A DNA stretch of 64,000 nt from a bacterium. Its GTDB lineage: Bacteria; Patescibacteriota; Minisyncoccia; Phycocordibacterales; UBA6899. The notes below the pieces were generated by a model. That model did no database searches. It saw only the letters and a list, made by a program, of their open reading frames with translations, and was not told where the DNA came from. Below, one piece after another: positions 27,175 to 37,561 of this stretch; positions within the stretch are counted from its first letter, which is position 1; every line of letters begins with the position of its first letter. The translations under genes were made by a program, and so were the position numbers. Location: the NCBI GenBank assembly GCA_043756865.1, contig JAYUQG010000019.1:33772-97771 (forward strand), read 5' to 3'.

Positions 27175-28551
27175 ATGGACAAAGAACACACACTGCAATC
27201 ACTGCGACATCACGTAAAAGAACTTAAAGGGGGCGGTCTTGTGCTTCTCCTTGATACGGGTGCGCAGATAACACCTGAGGCAGAGGCGATGCTCCAAGCA
27301 CTGTACTCGCGCTCACCTGCAACAGTCCACGAACATCTGCGTACTATCGCCGAGAAGGGCGCAGAAAAATTCATGGCGAGCTTCTATGTGGGCTACGGCC
27401 ACAAGTCTATTGGCGACTGCGGAACGATAACGCTCTTTATCGAAGGTATTTCGATGCTCACGGCAAAGGCAATCCAGGACTGGATGCTCTATTCAGGTCA
27501 GGAAGTTTCCACGCGGTACGTCGATTTTTCCACCCAACGATTTGAAGACCCACTCGCATCAGCAACATCAGCTAAAGCACTAGAACGACTACGGGAGTTT
27601 TATATTTCCGCACTCCCACTTCTCGAGGATGACCTGCAGAAGCGCTACCCGATGGGTGAGGGTGAAAAAGAAACAATGTACGTGAAGGCCATCAAGGCTC
27701 GCGCGTTCGATATTCTCCGCAGCTTTCTGCCCGCTGGTGCGACCACAAGCGTTGCGTGGCATACCAACCTCCGTCAGGCCGCAGACAAAATTGCCCTCCT
27801 TCGCCATCATCCACTCAAGGAAGTGCGCGATGTTGCAGACGGCATTGAAGCAGTATTGATTGAAGGGTACCCAAGCTCATTTGGTCATAAGCGCTACGAT
27901 GCCACAGAGGGGTACAATGCGTCGTGGATGAATGATGCCTACTATCTCGAAGATGACGCATGCCCTGCATTTGCGCTGACGCATGACCTCATCGCCTACG
28001 AGGAATTCACCGCGCGCCCAAACCTTGCCAACATCCTGCGAGGACGTCCACCGAAAACAGAATTACCGAAGTTTTTGGGAGAACTTGGCACAATACAGTT
28101 TCGTTTTCTCCTCGACTTTGGTTCCTTTCGGGACATTCAACGTCAGCGTGCGGTGCATCAGCGCATGCCACTACTCACGTATGTGCATGGTTTTGAGCCA
28201 TGGTACTTGGAACAGCTTCCTCTGGAACTTCGCAGTCGTGCTGAAGCACTACTCACCGAGAATCAGCGTGAAGTCCAAGCACTTACTGCAAGTAAAACAG
28301 AAATGCAATATTTCATTCCAATGGGATACCTTGTAGCAAACAGACTGACCGGTGATATTCCTGCGTTGGTGTATCTTGCAGAACTACGTGCAGGAAGTAC
28401 GGTACACCCAACACTTCAGATTCGCGCAAGAGAAATTGCCACAGCACTTGAAGAGAAGCTTTCCGAACACGGACTCAAGCTTTTTATCGAAGGCGAGTCA
28501 GGAAGGTTCGATGTCAAACGTGGTGCCCAAGATATAATAAAAAAAGAATAG
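27175..28551 (+). CDS. thyX: FAD-dependent thymidylate synthase, tandem two-domain type
   Basis: YGHKSIGD, QEVSTRYVDF, FDILRSFLP, second domain DFGSFRDIQRQR. Confidence 0.85.
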   Translation: MDKEHTLQSLRHHVKELKGGGLVLLLDTGAQITPEAEAMLQALYSRSPATVHEHLRTIAEKGAEKFMASFYVGYGHKSIGDCGTITLFIEGISMLTAKAIQDWMLYSGQEVSTRYVDFSTQRFEDPLASATSAKALERLREFYISALPLLEDDLQKRYPMGEGEKETMYVKAIKARAFDILRSFLPAGATTSVAWHTNLRQAADKIALLRHHPLKEVRDVADGIEAVLIEGYPSSFGHKRYDATEGYNASWMNDAYYLEDDACPAFALTHDLIAYEEFTARPNLANILRGRPPKTELPKFLGELGTIQFRFLLDFGSFRDIQRQRAVHQRMPLLTYVHGFEPWYLEQLPLELRSRAEALLTENQREVQALTASKTEMQYFIPMGYLVANRLTGDIPALVYLAELRAGSTVHPTLQIRAREIATALEEKLSEHGLKLFIEGESGRFDVKRGAQDIIKKE

Positions 28552-28562
28552 TGAGCGTAGTT

Positions 28563-28589
28563 AAAAACCGAGGCATACCCTCGGTTTTT
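28563..28589 (+). terminator. intrinsic terminator after thyX
   Basis: AAAAACCGAGG-CATAC-CCTCGGTTTTT followed by a T run. Confidence 0.75.
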
Positions 28590-28618
28590 TCTTTTTTGAA
28601 CTATGTTATAGTGCCGTC

Positions 28619-29836
28619 ATGAGTGACTTTGGCTTTACGATTGTAAAAAAACTAGGTGGAAACTCGCTTGGCAGAGCTGGGGTCATACATACTCCTCACG
28701 GGGATATTGAAACACCGGCATTTATCGTTGTTGGCACGAAGGCCAGCGTAAAGGCGCTGTCCCCAGAACAAGTAAAAGGTCTCGGTGCGCAGGCAGTACT
28801 CGCGAATACGTATCACTTATACCTTGAACCAGGGGAGGCCATCGTCGAAGCACATGGAGGCTTTGGGAGAATGATGGACTGGCATGGCCCAACATTTACA
28901 GACAGTGGAGGATTCCAAGTATTCTCCTTGGGCGCTGCGATGGGTCACGGTGTCTCCAAAATTGCCACAAGCGAAGCAATTGCGAAAAGTGAAGCGGAAG
29001 GAGGGGAGGAAAAAACACATGATAAATTGGCAAAGATTGATGACGACGGAGTCACGTTTCGCTCGTACATCGACGGAAGTGAACATCGCTTCACATCAGA
29101 GCGAAGCATGGAAATTCAACACGCCCTTGGAGCGGACATGTTTTTTGCATTTGATGAGTGCACGAGTCCACTTGCACCTCGTGCATACCAACGCACCGCG
29201 CTAAACCGCACTCATGCATGGGCAAAACGGAGTTTCGATGCACACAAGCGTCTTGGTGTCTCTGTCGCGACAGGGCAACAACAGGCGCTGTTTGGCGTGG
29301 TGCAAGGTGGAGCCCACGAAGACATGCGACGCGAAAGCGCTCGAGTGCTTGGGGCATTAGACTTCGATGGATTCGGAATCGGGGGAAGTTTTACAAAAAA
29401 CGATATTGGAACAGCAGTGCGCTGGGTAAATGAAGAATTACCTGAGTCAAAACCGCGTCATCTACTCGGCATCGGGGAGCCCATCGACTTGTTTCTTGGA
29501 GTTGAAAATGGGGTAGACACTTTTGACTGTGTCGCACCGACGCGAATTGCACGAAATGGCGCACTTTACACAATTGATGGGCGCATCAATATATACAACG
29601 CAAAATTTAGAAACGATATGAGTCCAATATGTGCTGATACGACATGCGCGGCGCACGGCTATTCGAAAAGCTATCTTGCACACCTCTTTCGTGCCGAGGA
29701 GATGTATGCTGCGACAATTGCCTCAATACACAACCTTCATTTTATAGTAAATTTGGTAAAAAATATCCGCCAGTCGATTATGGACGGGCGGTTTGAGGAA
29801 TATAAAGCTGAGGTCATGTCGCGCTACTATAACTAA
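28619..29836 (+). CDS. tgt: tRNA-guanine transglycosylase
   Basis: LANTYHL, TDSGGFQVFSL, FDECT, VVQGG, PRHLLGIG, DTFDCV.PTR.ARNG. Confidence 0.95.
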   Translation: MSDFGFTIVKKLGGNSLGRAGVIHTPHGDIETPAFIVVGTKASVKALSPEQVKGLGAQAVLANTYHLYLEPGEAIVEAHGGFGRMMDWHGPTFTDSGGFQVFSLGAAMGHGVSKIATSEAIAKSEAEGGEEKTHDKLAKIDDDGVTFRSYIDGSEHRFTSERSMEIQHALGADMFFAFDECTSPLAPRAYQRTALNRTHAWAKRSFDAHKRLGVSVATGQQQALFGVVQGGAHEDMRRESARVLGALDFDGFGIGGSFTKNDIGTAVRWVNEELPESKPRHLLGIGEPIDLFLGVENGVDTFDCVAPTRIARNGALYTIDGRINIYNAKFRNDMSPICADTTCAAHGYSKSYLAHLFRAEEMYAATIASIHNLHFIVNLVKNIRQSIMDGRFEEYKAEVMSRYYN

Positions 29837-30101
29837 ATACGGCTTGCGAACCACAAGCAATGTCTCTGTTCGGCTTCCACGTGTCGTACGGGTCAATGCA
29901 ATCTAGGTTGAGATCAAGGTCGAGCTGCTCACCCGCTGCGGTCTTCGCGCCTGAGTTTGGCTTTTTGTGCTCCCCATCATGTCCGAGGGGAAGTATACAA
30001 TGCCCAATGGGGGGACGCGTAATTGAACCCGGACCCCAGATAGCTGCACCACATGCAGTGTCGATGCTCATATGGTCTCCAATTGTGTCTCTATTCATCA
30101 T
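29814..30101 (-). CDS. possible small hypothetical protein
   Basis: 95-aa ORF filling the tgt-uvrB gap, with a C..HxxxH-like motif; weak support. Confidence 0.3.
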   Translation of the reverse strand: MMNRDTIGDHMSIDTACGAAIWGPGSITRPPIGHCILPLGHDGEHKKPNSGAKTAAGEQLDLDLNLDCIDPYDTWKPNRDIACGSQAVFSYSSAT

Positions 30102-30199
30102 ACATGCATGGCACGCATTTGTGCATAAAGATATGAGGGAAGTGAGGCAAAGAATAACACGCGTTGCCCAAAAGACAATTTTATGCTATCTTGTCAAGT

Positions 30200-32245
30200 A
30201 TGCCATTTAAATTGAAGTCCGACTGGGAACCCGCTGGAGACCAACCCAAAGCAATTGCAGGGTTGCTTTCGGGCATAAATTCGGGTATGCGCTACCAGAC
30301 ATTGCTCGGTGTTACGGGTTCAGGCAAAACATTCACTGCAGCAAATATCATTGCCAAAATTGGAAAACCGACATTGGTTGTAGCGCACAACAAAACCCTT
30401 GCTGCGCAGCTCGCACAAGAATATAGAATGTTTTTCCCTGAGAATGCCGTACACTACTTTGTTTCGTACTACGACTACTACCAGCCTGAAGCATATCTCC
30501 CCACCACGGATACCTATATTGAAAAGGATGCGCAGATAAACGACGAAATCGACCGCCTTCGGCACGCCTCGACACAAGCACTTCTGTCACGAAAGGACGT
30601 CATTATTGTCGCTTCTGTATCGTGTATATATGGACTCGGTTCTCCTGATGAGTATCTCAAAGTAAACCTCAAACTCACCGTAGGGGATAAAATTGCGCGC
30701 AACGACGTGATTCGCAAACTGGTAAACATATACTTCGAACGCACAAACGCAGATCTTGGCCCCGGAACGTTCCGCGGAATAGGCAATACACTTGAAATTA
30801 TGCCAACAGGTGAGATTATGATTTACCAACTGACTTTTTCAGGAAGCCTGATACAGCAAATACAAAAGATTGATCCAATAACACGAGCAGTGGTGGGCGA
30901 GCTTGATTCGACGTTTTTCTTTCCCGCAAAACACTTCATCACTTCTCTTGAAGAACGCAAACGCGCACTCGGCTCCATTCAGGAAGAATTAACAGCACAG
31001 CTTGCAGTATTTGCAAAAGAAGGAAAAATACTCGAAGCAGAACGCTTGAAACGACGTACGCGCTACGATATGGCCATGATTGAGGAGGTGGGGTACTGCA
31101 GTGGAATCGAAAACTATTCGCGTCATTTTTCAGGAAAAGCTCCAGGCGAAGCTCCCGATACGCTACTTTCATATTTTCCGCACTTAAGTGACGGAACTCC
31201 TGACTTTCTTACCATTATAGACGAGTCACACGTTACCATACCGCAAATACGAGGTATGTTTGCGGGTGATGCGTCACGTAAGAAAACACTAATTGAGCAC
31301 GGTTTTCGACTTCCATCTGCTGCCGACAATCGGCCGCTGAAGTTCCCCGAATGGGAGCAGCGTGTAGGAACAGTAATTTTCACCTCAGCAACACCATCTG
31401 TCTATGAACATGACGTGGGTGAACAGGTTGTGGAACAAGTCATACGACCAACCGGACTCGTGGACCCTGAGATTATTATCCGACCTGTCGTTTCAAATGC
31501 TACGTATCCCGGTCAAGTTGCCGACTTTATCGACGACGCTATAAGAACGGCAAAAAAGGATGAACGTATTTTGGTGACCACACTCACAAAAAAAATGGCT
31601 GAAGACCTTGCAACGTATCTCAAGGAAAAAGGTGTAAAGTCGGAATACCTCCATAGTGACGTTAAGACAATCGAACGTATAAAAATTCTTACGGAGTTTC
31701 GCAAGGGTACATTTGATTGTCTCGTTGGCGTGAACTTGCTCCGCGAAGGACTCGACTTGCCCGAAGTTTCCCTCGTGGCTATTTTTGATGCGGACAAGGA
31801 AGGATTTTTACGTTCTGCAACTTCGCTGATACAAACCATGGGGCGCGCGGCCCGAAATGTTTCTGGTAGAGTACTCTTGTATGCCGACATCATGACTGGG
31901 TCGATGGACGCCGCTATCAAGGAGACAAATCGTCGCCGTGCCGTACAGCTCGCGCACAACAAAGCCCACGGGATTACTCCGGTGTCTATCAAGAAGAAAA
32001 TCAAGGACATCACCGAAGAACTTCAGTCTGTACACGAAAAAACCTTGAAAGCACTTTTTGTACTCGACAAGAAGGCATATGACAAAAATCCTGAAAAAAT
32101 TATTAAGCAGAAGGAAAAACAAATGCTCGCGGCGGTGAAGGAGCTTGATTTTGAAACTGCAGCCCTTCTGCGTGATGAAATAAAGATGCTTCGCGGAGAA
32201 ACTGTAACGCCACGTGGTGACGTTGCAAGGAGAAAGAATAGATAA
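30200..32245 (+). CDS. uvrB: excinuclease ABC subunit B
   Basis: GVTGSGKT, FVSYYDYYQPEAY, DESH, NLLREGLDLPEV, GRAARN, C-terminal UVR domain. Confidence 0.97.
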   Translation: MPFKLKSDWEPAGDQPKAIAGLLSGINSGMRYQTLLGVTGSGKTFTAANIIAKIGKPTLVVAHNKTLAAQLAQEYRMFFPENAVHYFVSYYDYYQPEAYLPTTDTYIEKDAQINDEIDRLRHASTQALLSRKDVIIVASVSCIYGLGSPDEYLKVNLKLTVGDKIARNDVIRKLVNIYFERTNADLGPGTFRGIGNTLEIMPTGEIMIYQLTFSGSLIQQIQKIDPITRAVVGELDSTFFFPAKHFITSLEERKRALGSIQEELTAQLAVFAKEGKILEAERLKRRTRYDMAMIEEVGYCSGIENYSRHFSGKAPGEAPDTLLSYFPHLSDGTPDFLTIIDESHVTIPQIRGMFAGDASRKKTLIEHGFRLPSAADNRPLKFPEWEQRVGTVIFTSATPSVYEHDVGEQVVEQVIRPTGLVDPEIIIRPVVSNATYPGQVADFIDDAIRTAKKDERILVTTLTKKMAEDLATYLKEKGVKSEYLHSDVKTIERIKILTEFRKGTFDCLVGVNLLREGLDLPEVSLVAIFDADKEGFLRSATSLIQTMGRAARNVSGRVLLYADIMTGSMDAAIKETNRRRAVQLAHNKAHGITPVSIKKKIKDITEELQSVHEKTLKALFVLDKKAYDKNPEKIIKQKEKQMLAAVKELDFETAALLRDEIKMLRGETVTPRGDVARRKNR

Positions 32246-32275
32246 TACCATTGAGACAGACACTTGGAGTGACTG

Positions 32276-32608
32276 ATGAAACATCCCGTTCGTTTGACAA
32301 AAGAGGGACTATTTTTTGTCCTTGGTAAGCTCTATTATGCCGAGGCACTGCTTTGCACTAAGTTTGACGGTGAGCTGACGGAGCCGATTGGCGTAGACGA
32401 AGCACTCGCGCAACTCGAAGAGGCAAAAGAGCCGCTGCTCATAATCGTGCTTGGCCCGCCTGACGTACGGGACGAGTTTACCGCGTATCTCGCTGCAACT
32501 TATGAGATTATGTTAAATCTCGACATGGCGGTCACAACAGAGTCTCCACTGACTACCACCGACATCCATCTCTCAATAGTGCCTGATACCGATATGCCGT
32601 CCACGTGA
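32276..32608 (+). CDS. hypothetical protein
   Basis: 110-aa ORF with GGAG upstream. Confidence 0.5.
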   Translation: MKHPVRLTKEGLFFVLGKLYYAEALLCTKFDGELTEPIGVDEALAQLEEAKEPLLIIVLGPPDVRDEFTAYLAATYEIMLNLDMAVTTESPLTTTDIHLSIVPDTDMPST

Positions 32609-32648
32609 CGGTTTTATATTACAGAGCAAAGAGTGGTATAATATTCCC

Positions 32649-33824
32649 ATGATTGCTGCAAGTGTTGGTGTTGGAACAGGGAATGACGCATACAAAGCAG
32701 GCGTCGAAGCCTGCACGCAAGCCCTTTTGGGAATACCCGATGGTAGTGTATCGGCACTTATAGTATTTGGTTCAATCAGTTTAGATCAAGACAAGCTTAT
32801 TGAGGGAATCAAGGCCACCGCCCCCGGAGGACTCATCATTGGTTGCTCCACAGCGGGCGAAATATCAAGTGAAGGATTTTCGAATGAGAAAAGCGTTGTC
32901 GTTTTGGCAATTGCGTCAGATCAAATCCAATTCTGGGGTGGGGTGGGGAACCACATACTTTGGAACCCCAAACAAGCAGGGGAAGAGTGTGCGAATCAAT
33001 TGCAATACAACTCACATGGATACATTACTTCGTGCCTCACCTTTTTTGATATCCTTTCAGGAAACGGTGACCAGACACTTGCGGGACTCTTGGGTGGTTT
33101 GGGTGCACACTTTCCGGTATATGGCGGAGCGGCGGCAGATGACATGTTTTTTTTTGAGACCTTTCAGTACTTAGGAGACAAGGTCTACAAAAATTCAATA
33201 GTAGGAATGGGAATCTCGGGAAATTATCATGCGGTGGGTGTCACACACCACGGCTTTCTTCCTATCGGAATCGCGCGTAAGGTCACCAAAGCAGAAGACA
33301 CCACACTCTATGAGCTCGACGGAAAGCCTGCTGCATCAATATATGAAGAATACTTTGGAGAAGAACATCTCTCAGAGTTACACGAAGGCTTACTTCCGTC
33401 TCTCGCAGTGTCGTATCCGCTCGGCGTGTTTCTGCCTGAAAGCAACGACGTGGTACTCAGAAATCCTATTTTTGTTGACCAGAAGGGAGCAATGACGTTC
33501 ACCGCAGCAATACCTGTAGGAGCGGAAATTCGTCTCATGATTTCAGACATCGACCGCGCACTAGAAACAACAGAATCGGCTGCGCGTGAAGTCCTCGAAA
33601 AGCTCGGCGGGAAGACTCCAAAGGCGGTCATCATGGTAAGCTCCGTAGCAAGAAAAAGAATGTTGGGTCTGCGGGCCGATGAGGAAATCCAAATCGTCCA
33701 GCGCATCGTGGGACGCGATGTTCCCATTGCTGGATATTACACATACGCACAGATTGGAGGCTTGCTGGGCGAACAAGTTCCACTTCATAACGGCTCACTA
33801 TTGATTTGGGCGCTTGGAGAATAA
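32649..33824 (+). CDS. FIST_N/FIST_C (NosP-like) sensory protein
   Basis: IGCSTAGEI, GGAAAD, VTKA..LYELDGKPA, YPLG, AGYYTYAQI motifs. Confidence 0.9.
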   Translation: MIAASVGVGTGNDAYKAGVEACTQALLGIPDGSVSALIVFGSISLDQDKLIEGIKATAPGGLIIGCSTAGEISSEGFSNEKSVVVLAIASDQIQFWGGVGNHILWNPKQAGEECANQLQYNSHGYITSCLTFFDILSGNGDQTLAGLLGGLGAHFPVYGGAAADDMFFFETFQYLGDKVYKNSIVGMGISGNYHAVGVTHHGFLPIGIARKVTKAEDTTLYELDGKPAASIYEEYFGEEHLSELHEGLLPSLAVSYPLGVFLPESNDVVLRNPIFVDQKGAMTFTAAIPVGAEIRLMISDIDRALETTESAAREVLEKLGGKTPKAVIMVSSVARKRMLGLRADEEIQIVQRIVGRDVPIAGYYTYAQIGGLLGEQVPLHNGSLLIWALGE

Positions 33825-33875
33825 ACCAAAATTACTTGCACACGTACCCAACTATCACGTAACATTGTTACAGTT

Positions 33876-35309
33876 ATGCAAAATGAACATCATCCTGGCA
33901 CGCGCACGCAATCAACTGGCTGGATTATCGATGCGCGGTGGTACTACGCACCCCTAGCATTTCTTTTAGGCATTATCGCAAAAGAAGAGGTGGATTATGC
34001 AAATACGACCATTATTCTTGTCGTATCACTTTTTGTTGTACTACTCTGTAACGGATTTTTTTATTATTTTATTAAAAAGTCCGAACACCTTGAAATTCCT
34101 AACGAGCATGTATACATGCTCAACCTCGCTCAAATTGGTCTCGACCTGCTCTTTTTCTTTATCGTTATGCTCTTCACGGGGGGCGGAGTGGAGAGCGTTG
34201 GGCACTCATTTTTCTTCGTACCCATCATTGTTTCGATGATAATTTTTGGATTTCGCGGTGCTGTTGCTGTCGCGGTTTCCTCGGGATTTTTGGTTCTGCT
34301 CTCGGTACTCGTCCATTCAAATGTATTAATCCCACTCATTATGCCGGGTGAAACTCTGGTGGTGACCAAAGAGCTTTCGCTTACGCTTGCAGAGGCGGGG
34401 ATTATATTTATGATTTATCTCCTGACGGGCTTTTTTGGAGGCTACATCTCACGCCTCATTCGCGCGCGCGACCTGCTTTTGCTTGAACAGATAAAAAAGG
34501 AGGAAGGTCATGTAGTTCGCCTCGAAGAGCTCACCAAAGAGTTCGACAAGAGTGCAAAACTTTTGGTGCGTCGCGACCTTGAGCTTACTAGTGCGAACGA
34601 CAAACTAACTCAACTTGACCGCATGAAGTCAGAAATTATTTCTGTTGTTGCACATCAATTGCGCACCCCGCTGTCGGCGATTAAATGGACACTAAAAATT
34701 CTTCTCGATAAGGGAGCAGGCGACATTACAAAGGAACAGGAAGAGCTACTGAGCAAAGGGTTCGAGTCTAATGAGCGCATGATTACGCTCATCAACGACA
34801 TGCTTGCAGTAGACCGCCTCGAATCAGGAAAGCTTAAGTATAATTTTGTCCCTGTACAGTTTGAAGAGCTGGTACAAGACATGATTAGAAGTTTGCTTCC
34901 ACTGGCGACACAAAAGAATATACGCGTCGAGTTCACTTCACCCAAAACACTGCTTCCGAAAATAAAAATTGACCCCGACAAAATGCGGGACGTCCTTCAG
35001 AATCTTATCGACAACGCAATCAAGTACACCAAGGTGGACGGTCTCGTTTCAGTTGGAGTTGTTGCAGAAGGAGATGAACTCCATTTTTGGGTGAAAGATA
35101 ATGGTATTGGCATCCCCGATGAAGAAAAAGACAAAATTTTCTCCCGCTTTTTTAGAGCTGACAATGCTGTGCATACCGCGACAGACGGTTCGGGCCTTGG
35201 TCTGTTTATTGCCCAAAGCGTTATCAAGCGACATGCAGGAAAAGTCTGGTTTGACAGTGTGCTTAACGAGGGAACAACATTTCACGTCCTTTTACCACTT
35301 GGATCATAA
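33876..35309 (+). CDS. membrane sensor histidine kinase
   Basis: Multiple TM; H-box VAHQLRTPLS; NLIDNAIKYT; DNGIGI; GSGLGL. Confidence 0.95.
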   Translation: MQNEHHPGTRTQSTGWIIDARWYYAPLAFLLGIIAKEEVDYANTTIILVVSLFVVLLCNGFFYYFIKKSEHLEIPNEHVYMLNLAQIGLDLLFFFIVMLFTGGGVESVGHSFFFVPIIVSMIIFGFRGAVAVAVSSGFLVLLSVLVHSNVLIPLIMPGETLVVTKELSLTLAEAGIIFMIYLLTGFFGGYISRLIRARDLLLLEQIKKEEGHVVRLEELTKEFDKSAKLLVRRDLELTSANDKLTQLDRMKSEIISVVAHQLRTPLSAIKWTLKILLDKGAGDITKEQEELLSKGFESNERMITLINDMLAVDRLESGKLKYNFVPVQFEELVQDMIRSLLPLATQKNIRVEFTSPKTLLPKIKIDPDKMRDVLQNLIDNAIKYTKVDGLVSVGVVAEGDELHFWVKDNGIGIPDEEKDKIFSRFFRADNAVHTATDGSGLGLFIAQSVIKRHAGKVWFDSVLNEGTTFHVLLPLGS

Positions 35310-35339
35310 GCTGGACGAAACATGCTATACTGACACATT

Positions 35340-36182
35340 ATGGAAGAAACTATACCCAAAAAAATACTGGTTGCCATGGAAGATACGCCAATTCGTGTGT
35401 CTATTCTTCACATGCTCCAGTCAGCGGGTTTTGCAGTGACCCTTGGTGACTCCGACGCGGAGATTCAAACAGCACTTAATTCGACAAATCCCGACCTTAT
35501 TGTGCTCAATCTTGCGCTTCCGGGAGTCGATGGTCTTGCTGTTCTTGAGGTAATTCGAGGAAACCCCAATCCCTCGCTTGCTGCAACTCCTATTATTGTC
35601 GGCTCCGCAACAGGAGATATCGTGGAAATTGGGTCGGCATTAAAGTTTAGAATCAACGATTACTTTATTAACTCCAGCTTTGATCCCATTGCATTCTTTT
35701 CAAAAGTTTCAAAACAGCTTGGAATGGCAAACCTTCCCCCACCAATCATCCTTGTTGCCGCACCGCTCGTGAGTGAGGGAAAGCCTCCAAAATTACTCAT
35801 TGTTGAGGATGACAAATTTCTCCGCGACCTCGCTACAAAAACTTTGGAAAAACAGCGTCTGCAGGTTATTGCAGCTGTCGATGGAGAACAGGGAATTGCG
35901 CTTGCGGAGCAAGAGCTGCCGGATATTATACTGCTCGACATACTACTGCCGGGAATCGATGGGTTTGAAGTGCTGCGCAGAATTCGCGCCAATCCCGCGC
36001 TCGCGAAAACGAAAGTGGCAATGCTTTCTAACTTTGGACAACGCGAAGACATCGAGAAAGCACTAAAGCTTGGAGCAGACAAATTCTTCGTGAAGGCGAA
36101 TTTCACACTCGGCGAAATAGTTGCAGAAGTGAATGAATTAACGGCTAGTCAAAAACAGCATGAGCACCCACCACTCAATTGA
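35340..36182 (+). CDS. response regulator with two receiver domains (first atypical)
   Basis: REC1 PDLIVLNLALPG (Asp replaced by Asn); REC2 VEDD..PDIILLDILLPG intact; no output domain. Confidence 0.88.
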   Translation: MEETIPKKILVAMEDTPIRVSILHMLQSAGFAVTLGDSDAEIQTALNSTNPDLIVLNLALPGVDGLAVLEVIRGNPNPSLAATPIIVGSATGDIVEIGSALKFRINDYFINSSFDPIAFFSKVSKQLGMANLPPPIILVAAPLVSEGKPPKLLIVEDDKFLRDLATKTLEKQRLQVIAAVDGEQGIALAEQELPDIILLDILLPGIDGFEVLRRIRANPALAKTKVAMLSNFGQREDIEKALKLGADKFFVKANFTLGEIVAEVNELTASQKQHEHPPLN

Positions 36183-37506
36183 GGAGTTTATGAATGAGGT
36201 CACTCTCAAGAATCCCAACGAAAAAGAGTTTGAGCAAGCGGTACAGGAAGTTGCGGAAACCATTATTCCCTTTATTGCAGCCCATCCTAAATATCAGGGT
36301 TTCAAAATTCTTGAACGACTTGTAGAGCCGGAGCGTACAATAATCTTCCGAGTGCCGTGGGTGAACGATGCGGGCGTCATTCAAGTGAATCGTGGATATC
36401 GTGTACAGTTTTCAAGTGCAATTGGCCCGTATAAGGGAGGCTTACGTTTTCACCCATCAGTCAATCTTTCAATACTTAAATTTCTCGGCTTTGAGCAAGT
36501 GTTTAAGAACAGCCTCACGACGCTCCCACTTGGGGGGGGGAAAGGTGGCTCGAACTTTGATCCAAAAGGGAAGTCAGATGCAGAGGTGATGCGATTTTGC
36601 CAATCATTTATGTCCGAGCTTTTTCGCCACATCGGAGCAGACACCGATGTGCCGGCCGGCGATATCGGAGTAGGGGGCAGAGAAATCGGGTACCTCTTTG
36701 GGCAATATAAGCGCCTCGCAGACCAATACACGGGTGTATTAACAGGAAAGGGTTGGGGTTGGGGGGGCAGCCTCATGCGACCCGAAGCGACGGGCTATGG
36801 CGCCACCTACTTTGCTGAAGCGATGCTCGAAACAAAAGGGACTACGCTGGAAGGTAAAACTATCATCCTTTCCGGTTCGGGAAATGTTGCGCAGGGGGTT
36901 GCCGAGAAAGCACATGCACTGGGCGCAAAGGTTATCACTATGTCTGACTCCGATGGCTATATTTATGACAAAGACGGGATTGATATTGAGAAACTTACCT
37001 TTATTAAAAAACTGAAAAACGAAAAGCGTGGACGCATCAAGGAATACGCTGATAAATTTAATGTGCGCTATATAGAAGACGCAAAACCGTGGGGAGAAAA
37101 AGGTGACCTCGCATTTCCTTGCGCGACCCAAAACGAGCTCGACAAGGCAGGTGCTGACCGATTGATTGAATCCGGCGTTTTTGCGGTTATTGAAGGTGCA
37201 AATATGCCCACTACACCTGAGGCGGTTGAAATACTGCATACCGGTGGCGTGCTCTTTTCTCCTGGGAAAGCCTCAAACGCGGGAGGAGTCGCAACATCAG
37301 GCCTCGAGATGTCTCAGAATAGCCAACGCCTCTACTGGACGGCAGAGGAGGTTGATGCCAAGCTGCACGCAATTATGAAGCAAATACACCACACCTGCGT
37401 GGAACACGGGAAAGACGAAAAGGGCAATGTAAACTACGTCCGTGGGGCAAACATAGGAGGATTTGTCCGTGTTGCAGATGCAATGCTCGATCAAGGTGTA
37501 GTCTAA
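36160..37506 (+). CDS. gdhA: NADP-specific glutamate dehydrogenase
   Basis: [48 protein letters not shown]. Confidence 0.96.
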   Translation: MSTHHSIEEFMNEVTLKNPNEKEFEQAVQEVAETIIPFIAAHPKYQGFKILERLVEPERTIIFRVPWVNDAGVIQVNRGYRVQFSSAIGPYKGGLRFHPSVNLSILKFLGFEQVFKNSLTTLPLGGGKGGSNFDPKGKSDAEVMRFCQSFMSELFRHIGADTDVPAGDIGVGGREIGYLFGQYKRLADQYTGVLTGKGWGWGGSLMRPEATGYGATYFAEAMLETKGTTLEGKTIILSGSGNVAQGVAEKAHALGAKVITMSDSDGYIYDKDGIDIEKLTFIKKLKNEKRGRIKEYADKFNVRYIEDAKPWGEKGDLAFPCATQNELDKAGADRLIESGVFAVIEGANMPTTPEAVEILHTGGVLFSPGKASNAGGVATSGLEMSQNSQRLYWTAEEVDAKLHAIMKQIHHTCVEHGKDEKGNVNYVRGANIGGFVRVADAMLDQGVV

Positions 37507-37561
37507 ATCTACTATCGCGAGCGCTTTATTTTTTCTCCAAAGCGTGTTATGATGCGACGCT

